A DNA stretch of 62,781 nt, the filler included. It is 12 parts of 12 records of this genome, joined end to end, with 100 filler letters (N's around TTAATTAATTAA, not from the genome) between each part and the next. Parts side by side here need not be neighbours in the genome. Positions count along the whole stretch, not along the records: positions 1 to 3,640 come from SRR7504441_4741; positions 3,741 to 7,092 come from SRR7504441_4746; positions 7,193 to 10,824 come from SRR7504441_4749; positions 10,925 to 14,430 come from SRR7504441_4752; 8 more parts are not named here. One strand, 5' to 3'. The position numbers and the translations under genes are program-made. Position 1 is the first letter of the stretch, and every line of letters begins with the position of its first letter. Below, piece after piece: positions 1 through 10,928 of this stretch. The notes below the pieces were generated by a model. It searched no databases. It saw only the letters and a list, made by a program, of their open reading frames with translations, and was not told the origin of the DNA.

Positions 1-3000
1 AGCTGAGTGCATTCTACGAAGCTTGACCACAGTGTCGATAGCGTCACTCAGCTTGCGCTGCCCAAATGCCAACGAGCCTTCACGCCGGAGAGGGGAATTT
101 TGGACACTGCGGGGCGTAGGCTCAGCCGAAGAGCACGAGCGGCGCGATTCAGGGTCAGGATCGAACGAAGAGCCAAGCAGACAGGTCTCACCGTCCACTA
201 TGATGCTGAGCGCGTCTTGCACCCACAAGAAGGACTGCTGTGGATCAACTCCACGTTCCTCGGCCCTGAACAAATACCTAGGGCCGATCAGCTCAAGTAG
301 CCTACGAAAATGTCACTGGTTCTGAAGGTGCTCATACAGCCCAGCCGGATGAAGGTTATGATCGAGCTGGTCGAACCCCTGCACTAGGTTGATCCGGATC
401 TGGCCTAATCACACCTGACTGTCGATGGCAAACAGCTTGGCTAGCTCGACCTGTCCTAGCTGCTAGCAGTTGCTTATCGCTGGCTGGCCACCTGGGTGAC
501 CAGCTGCTCACAGCCTGCATGTGTCACTAGAAAAAGGGCCAACGCGGGTAGATCATCCCCGCCTAGCGATTTGTTCTCGCCCAACATCGAGTTGATCATA
601 GAGGCCGCTTCTAGGATCGATTCAGCCCACAGCCGCAGCTTCTGAACCGGAGTTGAGCACTGCATGAGGCTCGCGTGCTGGGCTTGAGCGTGTCACCTGG
701 CCCATGGCAAGTACCATGTCGAGAGCAGGCATCATGATCATCACAATCGACTGAAGATCCGTATACCTGCACCTAAGCACTCAAACCCGGCCGGTGCAAC
801 GCTTCACCGGCCAGGAAAGGCTTTCTGCAACGCTCCACCCCAGTGATTGCCAATCTCCTGCCTGGACACTGAAGTCAGGCCCGCTTGGCGCCGTGTGCAC
901 CTGAGGAACGGCCCAGCCGCAAACTCGCGCCACTTGGCGTCATACTGCTGTTGCATGTCGTCCGGTTGGCTGGCCTGTGCCACTGGCTGGCTGGGCAAAC
1001 AGAAGCCATCTGCCTGAATTCGCATGAGCCAGCTGAGTAGAGTGCTGTCCCAACACAGCACCCGTTCCCGTTGCTCCTGCTCCTCCAGATGTAACCGGAC
1101 CGAGCTCCGTCTTCTGTCCTCCTGTCCAGAGCTCCAACCTGCACACAGCCGGCCACACCATATTGCCGGTGCGCTCAAGCAACACCCTGTCGAGATCTTG
1201 CTTGAGGGTTGATTGCAGTTTGTGCACATGTCTGATGATTTCAACTCCCGCAGGTGTGCTCATCGGGAGGAATCCGTCCTGCCCACACACACAATTCTGT
1301 GCTACGACGGATTGATGGGTATTCCTTTAAATCTAAGGTTGCTGCCACCTGAGTGCCAACATACTGAATCCCGTCAAACCCTGTCCCCAGCGTTAGCTGA
1401 GCCCAGCTGGTCCAGCTGGTCACCGGTGAGCATCGTACCCCAGATCCGTGTCCCACCAGGCGGGCCGAACTTATCGCGCGAACGATCATCAAATCTGCGC
1501 CCGCCCTTGGCTGGACTCCACAGCCAGCAGCACCGCATTGTGTTGCGGTAGCCCACACCGTCTGCCCAGACCACATGGAATTCCTCCGCGTGAGGCAGCA
1601 GCCTGTCCACCGGGTCGACCCTCACCGAGTCAAATGGGGCACCGGCTCTGTAGGAATCCAGGGAGTGGGGATGAAAACACTGTGTCCTCAATCAGCTGCC
1701 TCAGCTGGTACAGAACTAGACAGCGGAGCACACGCCATAGCGAGTCACTAAACAACGGCTGCTCATCGCCATTCTGATCGAGAATGCTCGGCGGCTCCAG
1801 AGCCGAGAATAGAGACTGAGAAATCGAGGCACATAACCCAGTCACGGTCTTGGCTAGCGTACAGCTGAGACCCTCCAACTTCTCCTGTTGCAGCAATGTG
1901 GCCAGCTGGGTCTCTATGTACTGGAGCAGGTTGCACCCATTCTGCAACCAGTCTCAGACAGGCGGTCGGGCGGCTCACCCAGCCATGTAGCGGTCCATGC
2001 GAGAGCGGTCCGTTGAAACTCGCTATATACGCCCGTACGCTAGGACGAGCTTCTGACAGCATTCGCGCCAACGGTGAGAAAGACTCCAGCTGTGTCGTTC
2101 CAGGTTCAGACAAAGAGTCAGAGCCAGACGGACCACCTGGCCGTGCTGAAAGTAGATCTCCCGATCGAAAAATTTGCGGATATCTGCCACCTTCTGTCCG
2201 CTCAGTCGCTTGCCCACTTGCAGGCACCTGCTGAGTCTCGCGCAGTTTGTCCAGTAGCGCTGACTCGAGCAGCTGCACAGACCAGTCAATCAATCGCCGT
2301 CCCTGAGCGCACCTGGATCTGTCGATCGTCGGTGGTGCCTGCCCAGCAGAGCATTCGCATTACTGGGACCTGGCCGAGCCACTCATCTGTGCCGCAGCCT
2401 CCCATTTGCCTCGTTATGGTCCAGTGGCCGCGGAATCAGATCAACCACAGACCTGCCCGACATCACCAGCACTCGCCACTGGTTCACCGCTCGCGCTCGG
2501 GATCCCACCAGGCCTTACAGTTGGCGAACGCCGCCAGCGGAATAAACCTATCCATCTTCTCTAAACTGTACTTCCCCTCCACCGCGGTTGTCTTCCGATC
2601 AAACACGCAGAGCAGCGGATGGCGGGCGCCCTGACCGACACAATGACCGGGCACGCCCGCACCGCTCGGTACCTCCGGAGATAGGTGGGCTAGGTCTGAA
2701 CGCTGCTGACAGAGCACAACATAGCGCGGCCTCCAGCGCTTCCAGAAGCTGCAGCCGGGTGAAGCCCGGGTGGCAAAGGGGGCACCCAGTTTCTACCTCC
2801 ATATAACCGGCCCAGAGCACCTCCACGCAGCCCATGAGCGTGCCCAGTCGAATCTGGCCCAGTTGGAGCACGGGCGACGGACGACGCACCTCGCTCACTG
2901 CCCAGTCTGGGGCATGCAGCTGCGTGGCCTGTAAGAAAAAGAGCTGCTGCTGCGTGGCCTGGAAGCTGCCCCGGAAGTACAGCCCCCCCCCACCAGCTCG

Positions 3001-3030
3001 GCACCGGTCCACAAACGAAGAGGCCGCCAT
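1..3030 (-). CDS. Multi-exon VPS9-domain protein (putative Rab5-family GEF); 3' end runs off the window
   Basis: Minus-strand ORF pieces can be joined by short GT-AG introns. The piece at 474-665 reads CSTPVQKLRLW...SLGGDDLPALALFLVTHAG, matching the VPS9 pattern P.eKL...gaDDllP. The last frame stays open to position 1. The N-terminal region is unrecognised. Confidence 0.6.
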
Positions 3031-3162
3031 CCCAGGGACGTCGAATCTCTCGGCGCTTAGCTAAGCTACAGCTACCAGGTACGGTACAGGTAGCTGCAAG
3101 CGCAGAGAGCAAAATTAATATTGGAGTGTAAAACATTTCTTAAAATGAATCAACATTGTGCT

Positions 3163-3640
3163 TTATAATAGAGAGCTATCATCGACAAGCGCATGGAGTC
3201 GTTCGAGCTCCTCAACGTCAGCCAAATCCACGGGCCGACCGAGCAAGCGCTTGTACTCTACAAGACTGCTAAGGCTGGCCACCCGCAGCGGCACGCCCTC
3301 AAACTCGGCGTCCTGCGCATCCTGCAGCTGCCAACGATTCAACGGCACCCACTCACTCCCGTCCCAGAACCGACCGGAGCAGATTCCAGTCAGATCTATC
3401 CGTTGGCCCCTGTAATAAAACTCCATGCACAGGATGTTCCAGGGTGCCTCTGTGTACCGTTCAGGTCCGTCACACCCCAGTTGCTGCACCAGCTCCTGCA
3501 CCGCTGGCAATGCTGCCAGCTCGGCCAGCCCAGCCTCCGACAGGTCGATATCTATATCCCACAGCGGCCGGGTCGCCCCGTGCACCCGGGCAGCCAGCCC
3601 TCCGCTCACAGCGTACTGTATCCGGTGCTGACCCCCCCCC
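3163..3640 (-). CDS. Pol-beta-superfamily nucleotidyltransferase, bacterial-like ('MazG-related' type); 5' truncated
   Basis: YAVSGGLAARVHGATRPLWDIDIDL gives the GG and DxD motifs. The C-terminus LVEYKRLLGRPVDLADV fits the K...GR.kD..D motif of small NTases. No intron is needed. Confidence 0.7.
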
Positions 3641-3740
3641 NNNNNNNNNNNNNNNNNNNNNNNNNNNNNNNNNNNNNNNNNNNNTTAATTAATTAANNNN
3701 NNNNNNNNNNNNNNNNNNNNNNNNNNNNNNNNNNNNNNNN
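3641..3740. other. Artificial contig spacer (N44-TTAATTAATTAA-N44)
   Basis: Identical 100-nt block with stops in all six frames, repeated 11 times. Confidence 0.98.
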
Positions 3741-3914
3741 GCTTTGCGGGACTATCAGATCACAGATGGCGACACGCTGAATCTTGTATCCAAATCTCGA
3801 GGCGGTGGCATCAATGACGACACGCTGAACTTCTTGGCAAGAGATTGGGGGTTCTGCGTGCACAATTCGCTGCACGTGGTGAAGTATTTGCAAGCGATCG
3901 TCGACGCAAAATAG
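3741..3914 (+). CDS. C-terminal fragment of a ubiquitin-like domain protein with an extension after the RGG motif (absent from the ORF track)
   Basis: Manual translation gives ALRDYQITDGDTLNLVSKSRGG-GINDDTLNFLARDWGFCVHNSLHVVKYLQAIVDAK*, compared with ubiquitin [21 protein letters not shown]. Confidence 0.65.
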   Translation, partial: ALRDYQITDGDTLNLVSKSRGGGINDDTLNFLARDWGFCVHNSLHVVKYLQAIVDAK

Positions 3915-4065
3915 CGTCGCTTCACATGCACGTGATCTCACTTGAATGGACACTTTGCGATTGCTGCACTTACACTTTCACACCCTGCCTCACACGGCAC
4001 AAGTTTTATTGTACCGTAATTATCGTTGGCAACTCAAAACTGCATTGAACTGCATCTAGCTCTGT

Positions 4066-5172
4066 CTAGCTATTACATGCATGAAAAACATGGCCGTAAC
4101 ATGGCCGGTTTCGAGATCGAGATCTTGCCGCCGCCAGCGCTTTTTTCTTGTTCCACAAATCGCGCACCATCCTCACAATCTTGGGATAGCCCTTGTGCTC
4201 ACCGCTGAGGTGTGCCGCCATCAAGTATTGGGCTAGGGCGCTATCCAGCCGGCCGTGCGCCTCGAGCATCTGGCCGTGGTGCACGAACACTCCCCAACGG
4301 CCACTGGGCTCCCATCCCCGTTCGAAATACGGCGCAAGCTTGGCTTGATTGAACGCCGCCGCCGCTTGCTCGATTCGGCCCCGCTGAGCCCAGAGTCGCC
4401 CGAGCTCGTGATGCGCCGGGCCGTGTCTTGGGTCGAGATGCAGCGCCTGCTCGAGTAGCTCCTCAGCGTGAGCCTTCCCCTGGCCCATTGGGCCTGAATG
4501 CAACCAGGCCAACGCCGTCAGGCTCTCCGGGGTGGGCAGCCGCCGTGCTGAGGCCTCGTACTCAACATACGCGCGTCGCAGGTCCCCTCTGCCTGCAGCG
4601 GCGTCGCCTCTCACGATTAATCTTAGCGCTTGGTCGAGGGGCCGGTTGCCAGCCCGGTCAGCTGCCGTGTACTTGGGCTGGGTGGGCGTCTGAGTCGGCT
4701 GGACAAAGCCTTGCATGTGCTCGTCGGCCCAGGTCAGCACAGAGCCAAATGAGCGGACCACAGCCCGAGCGAAGCACTGCCATTCCGCCGAGCCGCCTTT
4801 ACCGATGGCGGCCAGCTGCCGGCACGCTGGGGCGATCGCCACCCAGCCAGCCTGCGGAGCCGCCTCAGGGAAGCAGCCGAAGCGGTTTGTCCTCTCCCCG
4901 GTGATGCCCAGGTTACAGCAGACTCTGTAGGCAGCGTCCGGCACGACTCCGCGCGGCTCCCACGGGCACTCGGCGTACCCGCTCGGCAGCGTGCCCGACT
5001 CGTACCGCCATCGGCCGCTGGCGAGCTGCTCGACGTATCCGGGCTGGCGCCGGATGAACCGGTGGATCCGGCAGTCGCGCAGCTCGGCGATCTCGAGCGC
5101 CGAAAGTAGGCGGAGGTACGGCCTGGCGTCGAGCTGCTTACACAGGCGCAGCGGCGCTCTGTAGCAGGACAT
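4066..5172 (-). CDS. TPR-repeat protein
   Basis: 368-aa ORF whose C-terminal half has TPR-like units (EQALHLDPRHGPAHHELGRLW; GRLDSALAQYLMA). Confidence 0.65.
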   Translation of the reverse strand: MSCYRAPLRLCKQLDARPYLRLLSALEIAELRDCRIHRFIRRQPGYVEQLASGRWRYESGTLPSGYAECPWEPRGVVPDAAYRVCCNLGITGERTNRFGCFPEAAPQAGWVAIAPACRQLAAIGKGGSAEWQCFARAVVRSFGSVLTWADEHMQGFVQPTQTPTQPKYTAADRAGNRPLDQALRLIVRGDAAAGRGDLRRAYVEYEASARRLPTPESLTALAWLHSGPMGQGKAHAEELLEQALHLDPRHGPAHHELGRLWAQRGRIEQAAAAFNQAKLAPYFERGWEPSGRWGVFVHHGQMLEAHGRLDSALAQYLMAAHLSGEHKGYPKIVRMVRDLWNKKKALAAARSRSRNRPCYGHVFHACNS

Positions 5173-5458
5173 CGACGAGATCCGCCAGAGGGGCTCCCAC
5201 CCTCATCTAACAGTGAACGGTCTGGATCTCACTCACAAAGGCAGCAGTAGCGCACGGATGGCCTTGCAGCTGTGATCTCATCACACATGAACCGGAGCTG
5301 TGCATGCTCTTGGCTGGGCTAATCTAGTACTAGTCTACCGGTAGCTGCCTAGCTGGTAATCGCCGAATCGAACGCTAGTCAGTACTGAAGCGCACGCTAG
5401 ACCAGCGTGCGATTAAAAAGCTTGCGCAATTCAGTTTACATGTAAGCCTATGCTTTGC

Positions 5459-6209
5459 TTATTCCGCTCCAGCCATCATTTGATCATACTGTTTATCGGC
5501 TTCCCCAGAAATGATGGCCTCATGCATTTGCGGCAGGATCTCAGCCAAGCTGACATTGATCATCGTTGCCAGCTCGTCCACACTGATCTTGCCGTCTTGG
5601 TTAGTATCCACACATTTCAGCAGAGTTTGCCACTCAGCCTCTCTGTTGCACTCACCATCCTGACGCCACACATGCGATCGGGTAAGGATTAGGGGTTGGG
5701 GAACCACCTCATTCACTCCACCGCATCCGGGGAGCATCTGAGCTTCCTTGGACGAGATGAATCCGTCCTTGTCTCGATCGAAGAAAGCGGCCACTTCGAG
5801 TGCCATGGGCCTCCGCTCAGCCGCGGCCTTTTTCGCGTCGATCATTGCCCGCACGATTGTTTCCCGCTCGTCATCAGGGAAGTTGTCGTTCACGATCTTG
5901 GCAAAGTCGGCCACAGACAACTGCCCGCCCGGCTCGCCGCCCGCCAGCGGCTGGGAGGACGCCTTCTGGCCCGGGTCGGCGCCAACCTCCTCCTGCAAAC
6001 CGGCATCATGTTCGGAGCTCGAAGGCGTGGAGGGATCACCAGAAACTTCTTGAAGTCGGTTTCCGTCGCGATTTCCCACTCCGGCAACCCTAGCTTCATT
6101 TCAATGAACGAGATGAACCCATCTCCGTCAGTATCTGGCAAGGCGGCTCAACCCCGACGGCTCCAGCAGCCTCACCAATCAGCTCGGCCAGCTCGGTGCA
6201 CGTGTCCAT
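5459..6209 (-). CDS. EF-hand calcium-binding protein, multi-exon
   Basis: EF loops DTDGDGFISFIE, DRDKDGFISSKE and DTNQDGKISVDE. The ATG at 6209 joins through short introns. Confidence 0.8.
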
Positions 6210-6313
6210 GGAAGTAGTGCGGTGCGGCCTTAAGCGGTGCGGCTGGAGATAACGTAAACGGAATCCGAAAGTACCCCCTGGCACACCGCTGCGTCGGGCG
6301 GGGTGGCAGAGGC

Positions 6314-7092
6314 ATGTCGTCGCTCGCCATGACCGCGGCGCAGCGCGAGGCGCTGAACGAGCACGGCTTCGTGGTGCTTGAGTCCTTCTTCCAAGGCGCC
6401 GAGTTGGCCAAGCTCGTGGAGGGCGTCGAGGCACTGCGCGCGCGGCTGGGCGGCTCTGGCATCCGCGGCGCGGCTGCCGTTGCGGCCGACGGCAAGCCAG
6501 CATCGACGGATGGCGTCCCTACCTCGGCGTCGGCTGACCCCATGTGCCTGGAGCTACTGGACCACCCGCGCATTCTGCCATATGTTGTTGACGCCATGGG
6601 CTGGAACATCCACGCCCGGGATTGCCTTTTCACGGCGCAGCCGCCAGGCGCCGCCGCGGCGCGCCCCGACCAGCTGGCGCTCGCATGGCACTTCGACCAG
6701 GAAGAGGAGTTTACGGGTGTGACGCAGGACGGCACGCTGCCGCTGCTGGAGCTCAAAGTGTCTTACTACCTCTCCGATCACGCACAGGACGACTCTTCGT
6801 GCACGCTCGTCGTGCCCGGCTCGCACCGCTGGAGCCCGGCGCAGCGCGCCTCGTGGGAGGCGACGCTGCAGCCGGCGGACGTCGTGCCGCTGCGCGTGCC
6901 CATCGGCTCGGTTCTGCTGTGGCGCTCGTCGCTTCTGCATGCCGTGGCGCCGCACCTGTGCGATGACTGGCGCTATCATGTCTTCATCTCCTACATCCCG
7001 CGCTGGGTCCGCCCGTCGCACCGCGGCAACTTCAGCACGGAAGCGCACCCGGACCCGGCGTGGAACACCGCGCTGCTCGAGGCGTGCTCGCC
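6314..7092 (+). CDS. Phytanoyl-CoA dioxygenase (PhyH)-family 2OG-Fe(II) oxygenase; 3' truncated
   Basis: EHGFVVL start, HxD (WHFD), VVPGSH, distal His (LHAV) and a following Arg. Confidence 0.85.
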
Positions 7093-7192
7093 NNNNNNNN
7101 NNNNNNNNNNNNNNNNNNNNNNNNNNNNNNNNNNNNTTAATTAATTAANNNNNNNNNNNNNNNNNNNNNNNNNNNNNNNNNNNNNNNNNNNN
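7093..7192. other. Artificial contig spacer
   Basis: N44-TTAATTAATTAA-N44. Confidence 0.98.
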
Positions 7193-7232
7193 ATTTAGTA
7201 TTTATTTGAATGTATTAAGTGGCATCAAATGT

Positions 7233-10200
7233 CTAGTCTTCCTCTTCATCGCTCTCCTCCTCGGCCTGCTGGAGCCAAGCCACGAATGGACCCATGGTGA
7301 CCCGAAGCTGAGCCTCCACGCTATTTGCAGAGCACTGTCTTGCGTGCCATGCCAATATGGTATCTTCGTCCACTAGACCATCATCATACAGCACCTGGGC
7401 ACCATACGCTTACGCGGCAGCTTAGCGGCAGCTTGCAAAGAGCACCTTGAGTAGCAACGGAAAACGCTTGATACCTGGCTCGGCGCTTAGCTCTGCGAAT
7501 TCGGCAAGCCCGTCAACCAACTGGTGCTGCGCCGCCTGCTCGAGCTCGCCCAGAACCTGGCTCAGCCCCCCAAGAGCCACAGCATACTGCTCATTATCAC
7601 AACTTGCAAATGATTTGAACAGCTGCTTAGTCACGGTGGGCATGCTTTGCCTCTCGGCGCGCAGCGCTATGAGCGATTGCCACAGCTTGGGTTCCGACTG
7701 AATCTTTTCGATTTGTGTCAACTCAAGTGCATCCCCGCTGGCCTGTCTCTTCTGCAGGTTTTGTATCTGTTTGATCTTCTTGTAGATCTTGGCCTCGTCC
7801 CGATGACGCTGCTGATCCGGCGTGAGTGGTGCCTTTGGCACAGCGTGGTCCGGCTCTTTTACAGGCAGTGGTACTTGAGTGGCTGGCGTTTCAGGCGGAG
7901 GCAGCTCCACCGCCGCCTGCCTGACTGCCTCGCAGCCGCGCTCTACCGAGTGAAACAGCTCGAACCCACCAATCAGCTTGCTCCAAGGTGACACCTGCCC
8001 GCCGGTTCAACTCATTCGGGCAAGCATTACCCCGCCGATACATTCGCGGCTGCCCAGTACGATCAGCTGATGACTGCCCCCCATTCACACCCAAACAAAT
8101 CCGATCAACCCACCGAGCCCGACTGAGCGCCACATTCACGCGGCGGCGATTGGTTACAAACCCGAGAGGTGAACCCTTGCCGCCCTTCTTGGTGCTCACG
8201 CGCACCAGTGAGAGGATCACAAAGTCGCTCTCACGGCCCTGCATCGCATCTACAGAGACACAGGGAGCTCGGCTGTCGACAGGTTGCTGTTCCATCATTG
8301 TCTCGATTGTCGACCTTTGTCCATTGTAAAGCGTGATTACGGTGATCGAACTATCCGGATGCAGCTCATTCAAAATAGCTACCACGGTCACTGCTGCTTG
8401 CGCCTCCGCCATGTTTAGGTAGGAGCTGCCCTGCTTGGACTCTTGGCCAGCAGCATCGATCCACACTAGGGGTAGGCCCTGCGGTCTGGCAGCTACGGTA
8501 CTGGCTGCCGTCTTGAGCTTAGAGTTGTAAAAGGCACGTGAGACAAGTGCACACATCGCTGGATGCATGCGGTACTGTTCCCGAAGCAGGAAGTGCTGGC
8601 AGCACCCTTCAGCTATCAGTCGCTCCATAAGGGAAGTATTATAGCCACTGTTCGCAGCCCCATGCCACCTGCCACCTGCTCAGCTGGATCACTGGTAAAG
8701 CGCACCGAGTGAATGGCTGCAGTTGCAATTGGTCGCCCACGGCAAGAACAGCCTGAGCCCCATGCAGCAGGCAGCCGAGTGCGTCGACCTCAAGCATTGC
8801 AGCCGCCTCGTCCAGTACAACAAACTCGAACAGCGAGCAGCCAGATTCCGACTCCAATTCAGTTGGTTGCTCACCAGCAGCACCTGCCAGCTCGATGCAA
8901 CAGAAGCTGCGGCATGTAGTACCTTCATCGTCTATGGCCCTGCCGACCCGGGTAGCCACATGGACAGCTGCCGCCGTGGTGCAAGCCACCACTCGAGCCC
9001 GCCGCCATATCTTGCTACCTGCACTCCGCCTGGCTGCGAGCCACACACGCTCAGCCGCGTCCTCCTCCTTGTACGCGCGCTGCAGTCTGGACTTTGCCTC
9101 AGCGAGCTCAGCATATGCCTGGCTGCTCTGGCAGTCCGGCGGCTTTGCTAAGTGGGCTTGTCCAGCAGTGATCAGCTCCTTGTATGTTATATCTCCCGAC
9201 GACGCCAACCCAAGCTGCCTCGCCAGTGAGCAACCGAGTAAGCAACGGCTGACCTGTTGCAGCAGCCTGCAGATGCCCGGAGTCTTCGCGGCCTTGCTAT
9301 TTGGCTTATTGGTCTGCAATTTCTCAAGCTGTCGTGAGATGAATTTTCGGTTATCCTCTAAAACAGCATTATTCTTGGCCTGTCCAGCTGCTGCCTCCTG
9401 CTGCTCCGCCATTAGCTTCTTGAGCTTCTTGCTCACCGCTTTATCTAATTCAGCCGGCTCTGGCTCGCGCTCGAGCTTCTTTAGCAGCTTTTTCCGGCAT
9501 TTGGCCGCCACCTCCTCTTGGTCAATCTGTTCCGGCTCGAATACCTGCTTCTGTTGCAGGCTGGTACTTCTGGTCTTCTTGCTCTTCTTGAAAGCTTTCT
9601 CGGCCTCATCTAGCTGGATTTGTGCCTCGTCACGCTCTGCCCCATCGCTCAGCCGCTGGCCAACCGGACGGAACTACCGTGAGTAGCCCGGTCGGCCGCT
9701 GCGCCGAGCTTCACTATCTCGCTGTCTCGCTCAAGCCGGGAGGAGAGGAGATACCGGCTGGAGGCAGGGCCGAGCCTCTCCCGACTGCCCACTGCGAGCA
9801 TCTCGCTGATACCGGCCCGCTCCAGCTTTGCCACCAAGGAGTCGATCGCCAGATTGGTGCTAGTGCAAACCAGCACCCGTGCGTGACTCGGGACCCGCCT
9901 TAGCAGCACTTGGCAAATGAACTGCGACTTGCCGGTACCGGGCGGGCCTTGCACACAGCACACAGGTCCAGCCAGTCCGTCCAGCGCCTGCTGCTGCGAC
10001 TGGTTCAACTGTACAGTTGCCTGGCTCCGTGCATGTGTGAGCCAAGGGTCCGCCTCTGACTGCTGCTTGCCATGCAGTACTGCGCTGGCGATCGGGCGAG
10101 TTAATTTATCCAGTGAGAACAAGGTGTGCGACCTGTACACGGCCGACAGCACCGAGCACAGCGCTATACAGTGGAAGCTCTCTCCTTGGGCCAGTGAGCT

Positions 10201-10779
10201 GGTCGGAGAGTAACGAGCCAAACTGTCCGCAGGCAGGCCACCTGGCGTCAGCCCGAGCGCATGATAGCCGGACGCAATCCCAGGCGCCATCCCGTAAGCC
10301 AGCCAGAGCATCGGGCGCGTGTCCCGCCCACGGCCACGCGTGACCGGCCCACGGGTCCACAGCAGTTGCCACAGCAGTCGCGGCTCCTCGCCGTCCTCGT
10401 CCGAGGAAATCACTGCACGTGGCTTGTTGGAGCGACTATCGGCACCGCCCGGTGGTGTGATGGTCACCAGGCAGCCCAGACCGTCGCTCGTAGGATCGCG
10501 GAAGGTGAGCACCCACTCGTGTGGCCGGTGCGGTGCCTGCTTGAGTGCCTCGTCGGCCTCCGCATGCAGCTCCGCGCTCACCCCTTCCAGCCACCGGCGA
10601 GCGTACGCCCCAGGACTCTGCCCAGCAGCCGACCAGTCCCGCCGCAGCAGCTGGAGGAGAAGCTGAGCGCGGTCCATCGAGTCGGCGAGCTGGCTAACGG
10701 ACTTTGTCGCCGCTGCCCACTGGCGGACTGCTCCCCCGAGAAGCCCGCTGACAGATCCAGTTCGATGTTCTCCACCCAT
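7233..10779 (-). CDS. Upf1/Sen1-like SF1 helicase fused to a PYM/eIF2A-like hairpin and a C-terminal W2 domain; start uncertain (10677 or upstream)
   Basis: Helicase motifs LNQSQQQA, QGPPGTGKS, STNLAID, LDEAA, GDQLQL, EQYRMHP, VDAMQGRE and NVALSRAR. Introns 8074-8113, 7995-8030 and 7395-7445 keep the frame into KVLYDDGLVDEDTILAW...PFVAWLQQAEEESDEEED*. Confidence 0.85.
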
Positions 10780-10824
10780 CCGCGCCTCGCCTTAGAGTAG
10801 ACCCAGCGCTGCTTGTCCAGCGGC

Positions 10825-10924
10825 NNNNNNNNNNNNNNNNNNNNNNNNNNNNNNNNNNNNNNNNNNNNTTAATTAATTAANNNNNNNNNNNNNNNNNNNN
10901 NNNNNNNNNNNNNNNNNNNNNNNN
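10825..10924. other. Artificial contig spacer
   Basis: N44-TTAATTAATTAA-N44. Confidence 0.98.
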
Positions 10925-10928
10925 CCGG

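Noticed and set aside
3641-3740. Regularly recurring TTAATTAATTAA as a biological repeat or CRISPR-like array
   Set aside because: It is always centred in exactly 44+44 Ns, so it is a six-frame-stop concatenation linker.
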